Made by a program: the position numbers and the translations under genes. Shown one piece after another: positions 20,885-31,357 of a stretch of DNA of 64,000 bases (position 1 is the stretch's first letter; the number at the start of each line of letters is the position of its first letter). The DNA comes from a virus (lineage: Duplodnaviria; Caudoviricetes), in IMG/VR virus record IMGVR_UViG_3300032301_001148, positions 12,049 through 76,048 of that record; one strand, 5' to 3'. Below the pieces are notes generated by a model. The model had not been told where the DNA came from and searched no databases. It saw only the letters and a program-made list of their open reading frames with translations.

Positions 20885-20919
20885 TGAGCGAGAATAATGT
20901 TTCTCGCTCATTTTTTTTT
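20885..20919 (+). terminator. Rho-independent terminator
   Basis: TGAGCGAGAA-loop-TTCTCGCTCA followed by T9. Confidence 0.9.
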
Positions 20920-20965
20920 GTATACTATTTATTGTGTAAATCCTTGTTTTGAGAGATAAAATATT

Positions 20966-23386
20966 ATGGCTACAGAGACAGAAAGAGAATTGGAGATTGT
21001 TCAAGAGATTGCCGCTCTTAAAGAAAAAATAAAAAATCTTAATGCTCAAGAAGCTGAACTTGCTGCTGTTGAATATAAAAATTTATTAGATAAATTAGAT
21101 TTAGAACAAAAAAGAACACGCCAATTAGAAAATAACTTAAAAACCATTTCTCAAGAAATAGAAGAATTAGAAGAATTATCTAGTTTAGCTAAAGACTCAA
21201 ATGAGAAATCAAGAATAGAATTTGAAATTGCTAAAAAAAATGTTGAGCTTACTAAGCAGCGTCTTGAACTAACAAAAGCTACAAATTCAATTAATAGAGA
21301 AGTAATTGAAAAAGAAGAAGAGGCATTAGAAGAAGCAAAAGAAAAAGTAAAAAAAATAATTCAACAAAATGAAAATTTAAAAAAACAAAATGAATTATTA
21401 AAAGAACAAGAACAATCTAAAGAAAAAATTCTATCTTTTGTTAATAAAATAACAGGTGGATACAGCGAACAAATTCGTTCTTTGTTTACCATGGATGGTA
21501 TTTTATCTTCTATTAGTAATATGGTAAAAGAAGTAGTTACTGCCAATGAAAACTTTGCAAAAACAACTGGTAAAGTTAGCACGTTAACTGCCGATTTTGG
21601 TAAAGGTTTTGAATCATATGGTGTTGGTTATAAGGAAATGAGTGAATCTTTTGGTACACTTTATACCAACATGGCTTCTTTTTCCAATCTCAGTAAACAA
21701 ACACAAAAAGATTTATCTGCTAATGCTGCTAGAATGGCTAATCTAGGCGTTGATACCGCCACTACTGCACAAAACTTTAACATATTAACAAAATCGTTAG
21801 GCGTTAATGCTAACGAAGTTGCATCAATAAATAATAAGTTAGCTGCTTCTGCTATAGGTGCAGGAATAGCGCCAGCAAAGATGTTAAAAGAATTCGGTTC
21901 TGCTATGCCACAATTAGCAGCATATGGCAAGCAAGCGGTAAATGTATTTATTGATTTACAAAAGCAAGCTAAATCTCTTGGCATGGAGATGGGTACTTTG
22001 ATGGGTATCGTTGGTGATGGATTTGATACTTTTGAAGGTGCAGCAGAAAAAGCAGGTAAGTTAAACGCGATATTAGGTGGAGATTATCTCAATTCAGTAG
22101 AAATGTTGAATGCTACAGAAAGCGAACGAGTAGAGATGTTGAAGCGTTCGTTTGAACAATCGGGAAAAAATTTTGATTCATTAGACAAGTTTGAAAAGAA
22201 AGCAATAGCCGCTTCATTAGGCATTAAAGACATGAATGAAGCTGGTAAATTGTTTGGTAACACTTCTGCAGAAATGCGTGCAGAAATGCAAAAACAAGCA
22301 GCTAGTCAAACAGAGTTAGAAAAATCACAAAAAGCTGCAGCTGACACAAATAGACAGTTAATGCTAGCAATGAATGAATTATTAACAATTGCAAAGCCGG
22401 TTGCGGAAATTATAAAAACAATAGTTACCAAAATGGCTGAATATCCTACTGCAACCATAATAGTAACTTCTTTTGTGGCCGCCTTAGTTGGATTAGGAAA
22501 AATTATACCTATACTTTCTAGTTTAAAAATTTTGTTAGGTGGATTCGGTAAAACAGCTGTTGTAGCTGGAGGGGAAGTAGCAGCTGGAGCTGGAGAGGCA
22601 AGTGGTGGTGTAACTATGCTAGGAACCGCAGCAACTATGTCTGCAGGACAAATATTAGCCCTTGGTGCCGCTATTGCCTTGGTTGGAGTTGGCATTGGAG
22701 CAGCGGCATATGGCGTTTCATTCTTGGTGGAATCATTCTCTAAATTGAGCGGTGAGCAAATTTTTGGTGCCGTAGCGGCAATAGGTGCTTTATCATTAGC
22801 AATGTATGGTATAACAGTTGCATTAGCTGGTGTAGCAACAGCTGCAGCTGCTGCAGGAACTGCAGCATTAGTTGGTGCTCCCGGCTTATTAGCACTTGGT
22901 GCCGCTATAGCATTGGTTGGAGCAGGAATTGGTGGTGCTGCCTATGGAATGTCGCTTCTTGTAAAATCCATAGGTGAGTTAGTAGATAAGGCTTCTAATA
23001 TTGATAATTTATTGGCCATATCAGGTGCAATATATGATATTTCAAAAGCAATATTGCTAATGCCAGATAGTAAAGAATTTAATGCTAAGGTAACAACATT
23101 AAAAACTGTTGCCGAAACGGTTAGTATTGCTGCCGATAAAGCGCCATCACTAGCGCCAGCAACGCAATTCGTTACTGCCGCTAAAGATTACTATATTGCT
23201 CAAAAAGACTCCAAGGCGTTTGACCAAGATGCGTTAGTCGCTGCAATAAGGGGTATAGTGCCAACTGGCGGTACAACTACAGGTGGTTTAGCGGCGGGAA
23301 CCCAAGTGGTAATTAAAATAGAAAATGGTAAAGATTTAATTGGTATGGTCATGGGTCGTCAAGCAGGCACTTTTAATCCAGTGTAA
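20966..23386 (+). CDS. Tape measure protein
   Basis: N-terminal coiled coil, central helical region, Ala/Gly-rich hydrophobic repeats; follows tube and chaperone genes. Confidence 0.85.
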   Translation: MATETERELEIVQEIAALKEKIKNLNAQEAELAAVEYKNLLDKLDLEQKRTRQLENNLKTISQEIEELEELSSLAKDSNEKSRIEFEIAKKNVELTKQRLELTKATNSINREVIEKEEEALEEAKEKVKKIIQQNENLKKQNELLKEQEQSKEKILSFVNKITGGYSEQIRSLFTMDGILSSISNMVKEVVTANENFAKTTGKVSTLTADFGKGFESYGVGYKEMSESFGTLYTNMASFSNLSKQTQKDLSANAARMANLGVDTATTAQNFNILTKSLGVNANEVASINNKLAASAIGAGIAPAKMLKEFGSAMPQLAAYGKQAVNVFIDLQKQAKSLGMEMGTLMGIVGDGFDTFEGAAEKAGKLNAILGGDYLNSVEMLNATESERVEMLKRSFEQSGKNFDSLDKFEKKAIAASLGIKDMNEAGKLFGNTSAEMRAEMQKQAASQTELEKSQKAAADTNRQLMLAMNELLTIAKPVAEIIKTIVTKMAEYPTATIIVTSFVAALVGLGKIIPILSSLKILLGGFGKTAVVAGGEVAAGAGEASGGVTMLGTAATMSAGQILALGAAIALVGVGIGAAAYGVSFLVESFSKLSGEQIFGAVAAIGALSLAMYGITVALAGVATAAAAAGTAALVGAPGLLALGAAIALVGAGIGGAAYGMSLLVKSIGELVDKASNIDNLLAISGAIYDISKAILLMPDSKEFNAKVTTLKTVAETVSIAADKAPSLAPATQFVTAAKDYYIAQKDSKAFDQDALVAAIRGIVPTGGTTTGGLAAGTQVVIKIENGKDLIGMVMGRQAGTFNPV

Positions 23387-23401
23387 GGATAAAATATTAT
23401 T

Positions 23402-24184
23402 ATGGTACAAGGCTTAGACACATTATTAAAAAATGCAAATAAAGTATATAAAATACAGATATATTCTTTTTCAAATGGTGTATTTTCTGCAGCTTCAAAC
23501 ACAATAGAATTTCCTGCGTTCATAACTGATTTTACTGATTCTTTTAAATCTGATTGGAAAAAGGAATCAGTCTATGGAAGAATGGACCCAATATCTATTT
23601 TTAAAAGCACAACTAGAAATATAAACATATCTTTTGATATCCCAAATGAATCCGTTCAAGTGGCAAAAGATAATATGAGAAATATAGATTTTCTTATAAG
23701 AGGCTTATATCCAGTTTATACAAATGGCGCTTTGGGAACAAGAGTTATTTCTTCTCCTCCGATGTTTAGAGTAAAATTTGCTAATTTGATTTCTAATGTT
23801 ACGGCAACAGCTGATGATGTAACTTTAAGAACTGGTTTGTTATGCTATATCCCAAGTTTTGATTTTAAACCAAAGGTTGATAGCGGATTTTTTATTGAAG
23901 GTGCAACAATATTACCAAAATTAGTTTCTGCAACTTTGAATTTAGAAATCGTTCATGAACATTCACTTGGAAATCAAATAGATTCATCTGGCAAGCTTGT
24001 ACCAAGAGTGAATATTGTTAGTGGCTGCTATCCTCATAACATCCCTGATAATCCACCACCAGCGCCGCCACAGCCAACGACTTCTACCACTACCCAACCT
24101 ACGAATTCTACACAACAGGCTCAACAGGGAGCAGCTGATAATTTCTTACAAGGTTCTCCATCTGGCGGAACGCCAGTTTTTTAA
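23402..24184 (+). CDS. Tail tube initiator/baseplate protein
   Basis: VYGRMDPI...TRNINISF and PP..RVKFANL motifs, typical of proteins after a tape measure gene. Confidence 0.65.
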   Translation: MVQGLDTLLKNANKVYKIQIYSFSNGVFSAASNTIEFPAFITDFTDSFKSDWKKESVYGRMDPISIFKSTTRNINISFDIPNESVQVAKDNMRNIDFLIRGLYPVYTNGALGTRVISSPPMFRVKFANLISNVTATADDVTLRTGLLCYIPSFDFKPKVDSGFFIEGATILPKLVSATLNLEIVHEHSLGNQIDSSGKLVPRVNIVSGCYPHNIPDNPPPAPPQPTTSTTTQPTNSTQQAQQGAADNFLQGSPSGGTPVF

Positions 24185-24191
24185 TTAATTT

Positions 24192-24530
24192 ATGATAAAC
24201 AGATATAAAAATAGAAAAGTTTATAAAAATGATTTAGAAGCTTACAAAGAGGTTTTTAGAAATAGAAACGTCAAGTTTGTAAATCAATTCTCAACACCAA
24301 AATTTGAATTTCCAACAGCAGAAGAAATGGCAAATTTAAACATCGTTAAGCATGTTTGGAAAGAGGGAGATAGATATTATAAATTAGCAGAAAAATATTA
24401 TGGCGATTCCCGTGATTGGTGGATTATCGCTAAATTTAATCAATTACCTACTGAAAGTCACATACAGGTTGGTGATATAATAAACATTCCGTTACCTTTG
24501 AATCTTATATTACAATATATGGTAGGTTAA
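24192..24530 (+). CDS. LysM-like baseplate wedge protein (gp53/tail X-like)
   Basis: EGDR...LAEKYYGD..WWIIAKFN...GDII.IP. Confidence 0.8.
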   Translation: MINRYKNRKVYKNDLEAYKEVFRNRNVKFVNQFSTPKFEFPTAEEMANLNIVKHVWKEGDRYYKLAEKYYGDSRDWWIIAKFNQLPTESHIQVGDIINIPLPLNLILQYMVG

Positions 24531-24534
24531 AAAT

Positions 24535-27500
24535 ATGGCTTTGACACCAGAACAAATTACGCAAATTAATAACACGCTTTTAACAAAATTAAATGGTGGC
24601 GAGTTTTTAAAAGATTTAAATAATCTTGAAAAAGTAGTTCAAATTAGAAATGCTTGGCTTGGACAAGCGGGAGGAGAATATACATATGCCATAGTTCCTG
24701 ACAATATGATAGATTCTCTAACTCCGGAACGAAAAGCATTTTACGACGAGGCCGTTAAAAATGCAAATATAATTGTTGATAGATATATAACAAGTATGAT
24801 AGCGGCAGGTCGTCAAAAAGAAATAACCAAGGCAACAGATGAAACCACTTTTAATAGCATTGTAGATAGTGTTGCAAATAGTGTTTCAGATAACGCCCTC
24901 GCTGCTGCACAAACTATTGATACAATGGTATTTAGTGGTTTATTGGGATTAAACAAAAAACCAGAAAAAACCCCAGAACAAAAAGCACAACAAGCAAAAG
25001 AAAATCGTCTTAGTGAACAAGCAGCATTAATGCTCTCTATTGATACTATTTTACAAAGTATAGTTCAAGGTGGCACAACAAATGTATCTTCAGAACAAAA
25101 TCAAGTAACACAACTAAATAGGATATATAAGAACTTTGCCATTATTCGTTATGAAGATGATAGGCAAAACCCAACTGGCCATTTCTTTTTAACTAATAAA
25201 TTTACAAAAACAAAAGGGGTAGATAAATTATTTGAACAATTACCTCCGCAGCTTATATCTTTGTTAGTCCCCTCAATTAAACTATATAAAACGTTTTATC
25301 CTGTTCCTCCTGCCTCTTTTGCGTATGCTCCAACAAATAATGTTAAAGGTTATGATTGGAGAATACCTTTTGACGATGTACCGGTTAGTTATAAAGACGA
25401 AACAAGTGAATTTGTTGCACAAGACATAAACAAGATATTAGATGGTCACGGTTCCTTTCATGGCGTTGGTATCAAATCTTTTTCTTATCACTACAAAGGT
25501 GTAAATCCAGCAGAAATAAATACTAATATTGAAGCCACATTAGATTTATTTTTTCAAAATCCAGAAGAATTAGTTAAAGAAATAGATATTAATTTCAAAG
25601 ACCCAAGATTTAAAACACAACCATCATCTAATAATGGTTTTGATAATGTTAAATTTTCATATCTTGATTTAATTAACGGCTCTTCAAGAACAATTAATGA
25701 TGTATATGGACCAAGATTTAATAATGAATATTACAAAATAAAAATTGAGTGTGGATATACAGATATTAATATTGAAATGTTCAAAGAATTATTAAGAAAT
25801 AGTTCTAAAAGCGATTATTCTAAATTTAATGAAAAAGAAATAGAAGACATAATAAATGCAATAAATGGCTCTAAAGTTAAATTTAATTTAACTCCCTATA
25901 ATTATGATATTAATTTTAATAAAGATGGTACCATAAATTTAAAAATTAATTTTGCTGCTTCTATAGATACCTTGCTTGCTTCACCAGAAGCAGATTTATT
26001 TTCTATAACTAAAGATACAAAAACTCTTAATAAATTTGTTAAAAAATTTAATGATTTTTTGGATTTAAAACAGCAAAACAAGATTAATGAAAATAACGAA
26101 CAGGCATCTTGTAAAAGCGTTGATGAGCTAAAAAAAGATTTACAAGAATTTAAACAAACATATGGTACTGAATTTGCTTATTTAAAAGAAGAAGATTTAG
26201 AAAAACAACTGAATCTAGCTAGAAAATATGTTTATAATGGTTTATTTAATTACTTGGTTGGAAAAGAAATATTAGAAGGCGATAACTCTCAATCAATAAA
26301 ACCAAAAATATATGTTGCTCTATTTAAGCCGGGTATTTTAGGCGTTAAAAATAGCGATAATCAAAATAGTACCGAAAAAAGAATTTTAGCTTTAAAAGAT
26401 GGTCAACAGCTTTTGGGTGTTGAACCGCTTTTTGATGATAAACAAATTTCTACTCTTGTTCAAGAGTCCAGCGAAGAACAAACAACCAGCTCTAGCTCTC
26501 AACCACAAGAATTGGCTGATGTAGCTTTACAAACATTAGATGAAAGAATAAGTGTAAGATTTCCTGACCCAAACACGGAATTTTATAAAGTTAAATTTAT
26601 TTTGCTAGGTGATATTTTAGATGTAGCATTGGAATGTTTGAATAACATCTCTCCTGCTAGCGATTGTCCAAGAATTATTTTTGGTGGTATACCAATGGCA
26701 ATACCTACAGAAATAGTTGAAAGCTTTGGTTCTAATGTTGTAGCCAAGCTACAAGAAATACATCCTAATTTAGCTGACATTCCAATTTCTTTTGATATGT
26801 TTCAAGAATTTATGATTGAACATATTGTTAGACCTAAAAAAGAACGCTACCCGATTATACAATTTATTAAAGATATAATTTCTGATTTAATTATACCCGC
26901 AATTTCTCCTGTCGTATTCGGGCAATCGTCTGCTATTAATGCTTCAATTAGATTTTCGTCTGCTTACTTTACTCTTGATGCGCCGAATGGCAAAGATTTA
27001 ATATTTAGAAAACTAGAAAAGGATAAAAAAGCATATCCTAAAGAAATAACAGATAGAACATATCCTGCAATTATTAATGATAGCACTCTACAAGATATTA
27101 AAAAATATTTTGATGAAGGCGGCCATAAAGTAAATCCTACTAAGTCTACAAGTGTTACATCTAATGAGAAAAATGTTTCCGAAGATATAAATTATATGTT
27201 TATAACTTGTACAAGTAGATTTCCAAATATTTATAAAGGTAACGAAGTAGACGACAAAAGTAAAGGTGTCATGCACATTAGAATGGGTACTGATAGTGGA
27301 ATAGTAAAAGAAATTAATTTCAGTAAGAGTCCAACGCCATATTTGAGAGAAATGGTTGCTCGTAGAGAGGGTAACGGAAAAGGCACTTCAATAAAACAGG
27401 TATATAATGCGACAGTTGAAATGTTTGGTAATAACATATTTCGTCCCGGCGATTATATATACATTCATCCGCTATTTACATTTGGCTCTACTGGTAAAGC

Positions 27501-27687
27501 TTTAGACCTAGAACAATCATTAGGTGTTGGTGGTTATTATTTGGTTATTGATGTAAAAACTGATATAAGCGACTTGTCCTTTAAAACTTCATTAAAATGT
27601 TCTTTCCAAGCGCACGTTGAAAAAGAATCAAAAGAAAATGTTAAAGTTAAGGTTGTAGGTATAAATGAAACGTGTGCTACTAAATAA
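24535..27687 (+). CDS. Large baseplate hub protein (gp27-like C-terminus)
   Basis: C-terminal MFGN.IFRPG.YIYI...GGYY.V..V motif of hub proteins. Confidence 0.6.
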   Translation: MALTPEQITQINNTLLTKLNGGEFLKDLNNLEKVVQIRNAWLGQAGGEYTYAIVPDNMIDSLTPERKAFYDEAVKNANIIVDRYITSMIAAGRQKEITKATDETTFNSIVDSVANSVSDNALAAAQTIDTMVFSGLLGLNKKPEKTPEQKAQQAKENRLSEQAALMLSIDTILQSIVQGGTTNVSSEQNQVTQLNRIYKNFAIIRYEDDRQNPTGHFFLTNKFTKTKGVDKLFEQLPPQLISLLVPSIKLYKTFYPVPPASFAYAPTNNVKGYDWRIPFDDVPVSYKDETSEFVAQDINKILDGHGSFHGVGIKSFSYHYKGVNPAEINTNIEATLDLFFQNPEELVKEIDINFKDPRFKTQPSSNNGFDNVKFSYLDLINGSSRTINDVYGPRFNNEYYKIKIECGYTDINIEMFKELLRNSSKSDYSKFNEKEIEDIINAINGSKVKFNLTPYNYDINFNKDGTINLKINFAASIDTLLASPEADLFSITKDTKTLNKFVKKFNDFLDLKQQNKINENNEQASCKSVDELKKDLQEFKQTYGTEFAYLKEEDLEKQLNLARKYVYNGLFNYLVGKEILEGDNSQSIKPKIYVALFKPGILGVKNSDNQNSTEKRILALKDGQQLLGVEPLFDDKQISTLVQESSEEQTTSSSSQPQELADVALQTLDERISVRFPDPNTEFYKVKFILLGDILDVALECLNNISPASDCPRIIFGGIPMAIPTEIVESFGSNVVAKLQEIHPNLADIPISFDMFQEFMIEHIVRPKKERYPIIQFIKDIISDLIIPAISPVVFGQSSAINASIRFSSAYFTLDAPNGKDLIFRKLEKDKKAYPKEITDRTYPAIINDSTLQDIKKYFDEGGHKVNPTKSTSVTSNEKNVSEDINYMFITCTSRFPNIYKGNEVDDKSKGVMHIRMGTDSGIVKEINFSKSPTPYLREMVARREGNGKGTSIKQVYNATVEMFGNNIFRPGDYIYIHPLFTFGSTGKALDLEQSLGVGGYYLVIDVKTDISDLSFKTSLKCSFQAHVEKESKENVKVKVVGINETCATK

Positions 27688-27690
27688 TTT

Positions 27691-28986
27691 ATGACTATTC
27701 CACAAAATGTACAAATTAACAAACCATTAGGTAAAAATTCTATTTCTTCTTTATATGTATTATTTGAAGATAGAAGTTATTATCATGATTTTATCATCCC
27801 AGCTATAATTCAAAATTTTGGTTTTGTACCATTTGGAGACTTAACTAAAAATAATTCTCTATATGGATTAGTGGATGAACAACTAAATGTTATTACTCCA
27901 GACAGTTCTTTTTTAAAACTAATTCCATCAGCTGACAATAAAGATAAATTGGTAATGGATTTTGTTGCTGATGCATTTATAGAAATGAACAATTATTTGG
28001 CCTCTGCCGTTGTCATCGGTAAATTGTCAAAAAATAGTCCATATTTCAATTTAAAATCACATAGAAGTTATATAAATCCTGCAACAGTAGTTAATGAATC
28101 ACAAATAAGAATATTGAGCAAGTTTAATACTTATGCAAATTCTAATAAATCTCTATATTCATCTATAATTGATGAAGAATCGTTTAATAAAAAATATATT
28201 GATTATATTAAAAATCAAATAAAAAATAATTTTGTAATAACAAAAAGTGGTATTGTATTATCTACTAATTTCTTTAATTTCGTCAGTGGTTTAGTAATAG
28301 ATATAGCTAAAGATAAAGCAGACAACGATACTATAAAATATGACAAATATTTAAATGTTAATGATTTTGATTGCTTCCGAGATGCGTGCAAAAGATTTGG
28401 ATTTAAGATAGATGTTAATGTTCCGTGGAGAATATACGCAGATTTAAATTCTCCTGCTATGAAAGAAAAATCTGGAAATCATATAGGCTATATGCAGAGA
28501 TATAATTTGGGCGGTATAACAGATTTATTTTCAAAAAGATATTTAGTCGCCTATGCAGAAGAAATAGAACATTTAAAAAACTATTTTTATAATTCTTATT
28601 CAGACTTTATGAAAAATAATTTATATTATGAATTAGATTATAATAAGCTACAATCTTGTGATTTTAGAAAGAGTGTTGTAAGAAAAAGAGATTTAATTAC
28701 AAGAGAACAATATTATCAAAAATTTCCTGATACGTACTGGTTACGTCTTTATACCTATTTTAGAAATTATGAAACAAAAAGAGGATTAACTCAGCAACAA
28801 TTTGAAAACGTAGTACGTGAAGCCAATAATTATGTTAAAGCAGGAAGAAATTTTCCTGCTCTAACTTATGTAAACGATTATTTTAAACAATTTAAAGATG
28901 TTCAATATCTTTCTTCTTTACAGGCGAACAATAAAGTAGTAGAACAGAGAGTGCAAAGTGCTTTTGTGTCTGATTTAATTTTCTAG
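27691..28986 (+). CDS. Hypothetical protein, probably virion-associated
   Basis: 431-aa ORF at the end of the baseplate cluster. Confidence 0.55.
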   Translation: MTIPQNVQINKPLGKNSISSLYVLFEDRSYYHDFIIPAIIQNFGFVPFGDLTKNNSLYGLVDEQLNVITPDSSFLKLIPSADNKDKLVMDFVADAFIEMNNYLASAVVIGKLSKNSPYFNLKSHRSYINPATVVNESQIRILSKFNTYANSNKSLYSSIIDEESFNKKYIDYIKNQIKNNFVITKSGIVLSTNFFNFVSGLVIDIAKDKADNDTIKYDKYLNVNDFDCFRDACKRFGFKIDVNVPWRIYADLNSPAMKEKSGNHIGYMQRYNLGGITDLFSKRYLVAYAEEIEHLKNYFYNSYSDFMKNNLYYELDYNKLQSCDFRKSVVRKRDLITREQYYQKFPDTYWLRLYTYFRNYETKRGLTQQQFENVVREANNYVKAGRNFPALTYVNDYFKQFKDVQYLSSLQANNKVVEQRVQSAFVSDLIF

Positions 28987-28994
28987 AGGAAATC

Positions 28995-30209
28995 TTGATT
29001 TTTCAAACTCTTGATGATAAAAATGAATGCGTTGGTTTTTTTGTTGACCAAAAATTAAATTTCCATCAATCAATTCCCGATAACTTATCTAAAACTTGGT
29101 CTTATTCCGGCTTTTTAAAGGGCAAGAATATTGACTATGCACAACTTTATTGTGATGGTAAAACGCTTGATGAAGTGTGCCCCGAGCATTTGAAGGAGGA
29201 TTGGCAAAATATCAATAAAAAATTAAAGAGTATTATTTCTTCTTGCATTGAATCAAAAGTGTCATTAAGAGAAAATTGTTTTTTTGATTTGACTCCGCAA
29301 CGTTTTCTGGTTGAGTATTGTCATTTGCGAAATCAAATTAGTGAACATGTTTTTAATGCTTTTCCTAAGCCAAGTGAATATGATTTCTATAAGCGGTTTA
29401 ATGAATTGCTGCACGATATTAAATGCAGAGATATGAATATTAATTTAGAGAATATTCAGAACAAACTATGGAAAGAAAATGCCATGGCGTTCTACAAAAA
29501 GATTGCAAATGGCAATAATCATATTTCATACAATATGTTTGGTTCTATCACAGGTCGCCTGACGGTTAATAAAAACAGCTTTCCTATTTTGACATTTCCA
29601 AAACAGTTTCGTAGCATTCTTCAGCCGCAAAATGATTGGTTTATTGTATTTGATATGAATGCCGCCGAACTACGCACCGCTTTGGCTTTAAATGGGCGAG
29701 CGCAACCCGAAGGCGACTTACATGGTTGGAGTGCCGAAAACGTTTTTAAAGGGCAGCTAGACCGCTCTAAAGCGAAAGAAACGGCAACTGCTTGGTTGTA
29801 CAACTCACATTCTCCGCTTTCTGTACAGTATGATAAGGAATTAGCGCAGCTTTATGATAAGCAAGCATTATTAAAGAAGTATTGGATTGATGGTTATGTT
29901 GAAACGCCATATGGTCGTAAAATGCAAGCTGACGAACATCATGCAATATCATATTTAAATCAGTCTACGTTTATTGACATGTTTCATCGTCAAATTATTA
30001 AAGTGGATGATTATTTAAAAGATAAGAAAAGTTTTGTATCTTTCATGATTCATGATGAATTTGTTTTGGATGTAACAGATGATGAAAAAAATGATATAGT
30101 CCAGATAATTAAGATACTGCAAAGCACGCCATATGGTACATTTCCTGTTAATGTAAAGGCAGGAAAAAACTATGGTGAATTAAAGAAGTTAAATTTAAAG
30201 GTAGAGTAA
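28995..30209 (+). CDS. Minimal family A (PolA-like) DNA polymerase domain
   Basis: Motif A FDMNAAELR, motif B RSKAKETATAWLYN, motif C IHDE; TTG start after GAGG; no recognisable exonuclease motifs. Confidence 0.8.
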   Translation: MIFQTLDDKNECVGFFVDQKLNFHQSIPDNLSKTWSYSGFLKGKNIDYAQLYCDGKTLDEVCPEHLKEDWQNINKKLKSIISSCIESKVSLRENCFFDLTPQRFLVEYCHLRNQISEHVFNAFPKPSEYDFYKRFNELLHDIKCRDMNINLENIQNKLWKENAMAFYKKIANGNNHISYNMFGSITGRLTVNKNSFPILTFPKQFRSILQPQNDWFIVFDMNAAELRTALALNGRAQPEGDLHGWSAENVFKGQLDRSKAKETATAWLYNSHSPLSVQYDKELAQLYDKQALLKKYWIDGYVETPYGRKMQADEHHAISYLNQSTFIDMFHRQIIKVDDYLKDKKSFVSFMIHDEFVLDVTDDEKNDIVQIIKILQSTPYGTFPVNVKAGKNYGELKKLNLKVE

Positions 30210-31036
30210 TGCAAACAGTTATTTGTCTTGGCCCAAAAGCTTGTGATATTGGAGAGCTATTTGAAAAAGATAGTGATTTTCAAGTTAAGCTTATTGATAA
30301 AGAAATTGAAGGCGATAATTGCCTTGGGTTAGAAAAGCAAAAAACTCCAGAAGATTATGAAAAAAGCGTTCCAGATATGAGTGGTTTTTTCAAAGACGCT
30401 CATGACGAAATACTATTTATTACAACAGGTGAATGCGATGTATTAAGCTGTTCTTTGAAAATTTTACAACAAATAAAAGATAAAAATATCACTATTATTT
30501 ATTTAAGGCCAAATGCCGATTTTCTTGGAAGACAAGGTACATTACAAGATAAAATGGCATTTAACATATTTCAGGAATATACTCGTTCTGGATTATTTAA
30601 AAAATTATTTATTATCAATGAAGAAAATATTGAACAGCACCTTTTAAATGAAATGCCCATAACAGAAATTTATGAAGCATACTTAAAGATGATACATAAT
30701 TTTGTTTTGAATTTAAATTTTATAGAAAGTGAACCATTAATTAATCATTTTTCTCCACCAAAAGATATCAGCAGAATATGCACATTTGCTTTTTATGATT
30801 TGCATACTAACAGTGAAGTCTCAATGTATAATTTTAATTTAATAGATGATAAAGTTTATCATTTTTTTCTTACAGAAGACACGCTGAAAACAAATACAAA
30901 AATAATGAGAGAAATAAAAGATAAATTAAAAAATAAAGTACTTGACGGCATGAAGGTTTCATATACAATCTATAGTACATCAGGAGATACGGATTATTGC
31001 TTTGTTGTTTATTATAGTAAGGCAATTCAACCATAG
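30209..31036 (+). CDS. Degenerate tubulin/FtsZ (PhuZ)-like protein
   Basis: N-terminal VICLGPKACDIG and Rossmann-like spacing (KLID, ILFITTG, IIYLRP); GGGTG signature absent. Confidence 0.55.
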   Translation: MQTVICLGPKACDIGELFEKDSDFQVKLIDKEIEGDNCLGLEKQKTPEDYEKSVPDMSGFFKDAHDEILFITTGECDVLSCSLKILQQIKDKNITIIYLRPNADFLGRQGTLQDKMAFNIFQEYTRSGLFKKLFIINEENIEQHLLNEMPITEIYEAYLKMIHNFVLNLNFIESEPLINHFSPPKDISRICTFAFYDLHTNSEVSMYNFNLIDDKVYHFFLTEDTLKTNTKIMREIKDKLKNKVLDGMKVSYTIYSTSGDTDYCFVVYYSKAIQP

Positions 31037-31043
31037 GTGATAA

Positions 31044-31286
31044 ATGAAAAGCTACCACGCTACATACGTAAAAAAGAATGGCGATATAAGAAATATGCAT
31101 TTTGCTAAATTAAAAGACTTGCCAAGTGCATTTGTAAATGATAAGATTAGAGGCGGTAATCAACAACATAATTTAGATGAAGGCATGGAACTTGTTTGGG
31201 ACATGCAAAATAAAGGATTCCGTATTATTAATTGGAATACGGTTGAAGGTGCAGTAAAAGAAGAAGAAGTAGAGTTTGTACTTTAA
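31044..31286 (+). CDS. Small SH3/WYL-like beta-barrel protein
   Basis: YVKKNGDIRNM...LVWDM...GFR pattern. Confidence 0.55.
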   Translation: MKSYHATYVKKNGDIRNMHFAKLKDLPSAFVNDKIRGGNQQHNLDEGMELVWDMQNKGFRIINWNTVEGAVKEEEVEFVL

Positions 31287-31357
31287 CTGTAGCACAGACC
31301 GTGGTACAGTTCATAACAGTTAGCGGGAGATTTACCGACTAACAAGGAGAAAAACAC

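Noticed and set aside
24535-28986. Chimallin/nuclear shell or RNA polymerase subunits suggested by large unknown ORFs near the tubulin-like gene
   Set aside because: The 1050-aa protein has a baseplate-hub-type C-terminus; no DxDGD or other RNAP motifs; nothing supports a shell protein
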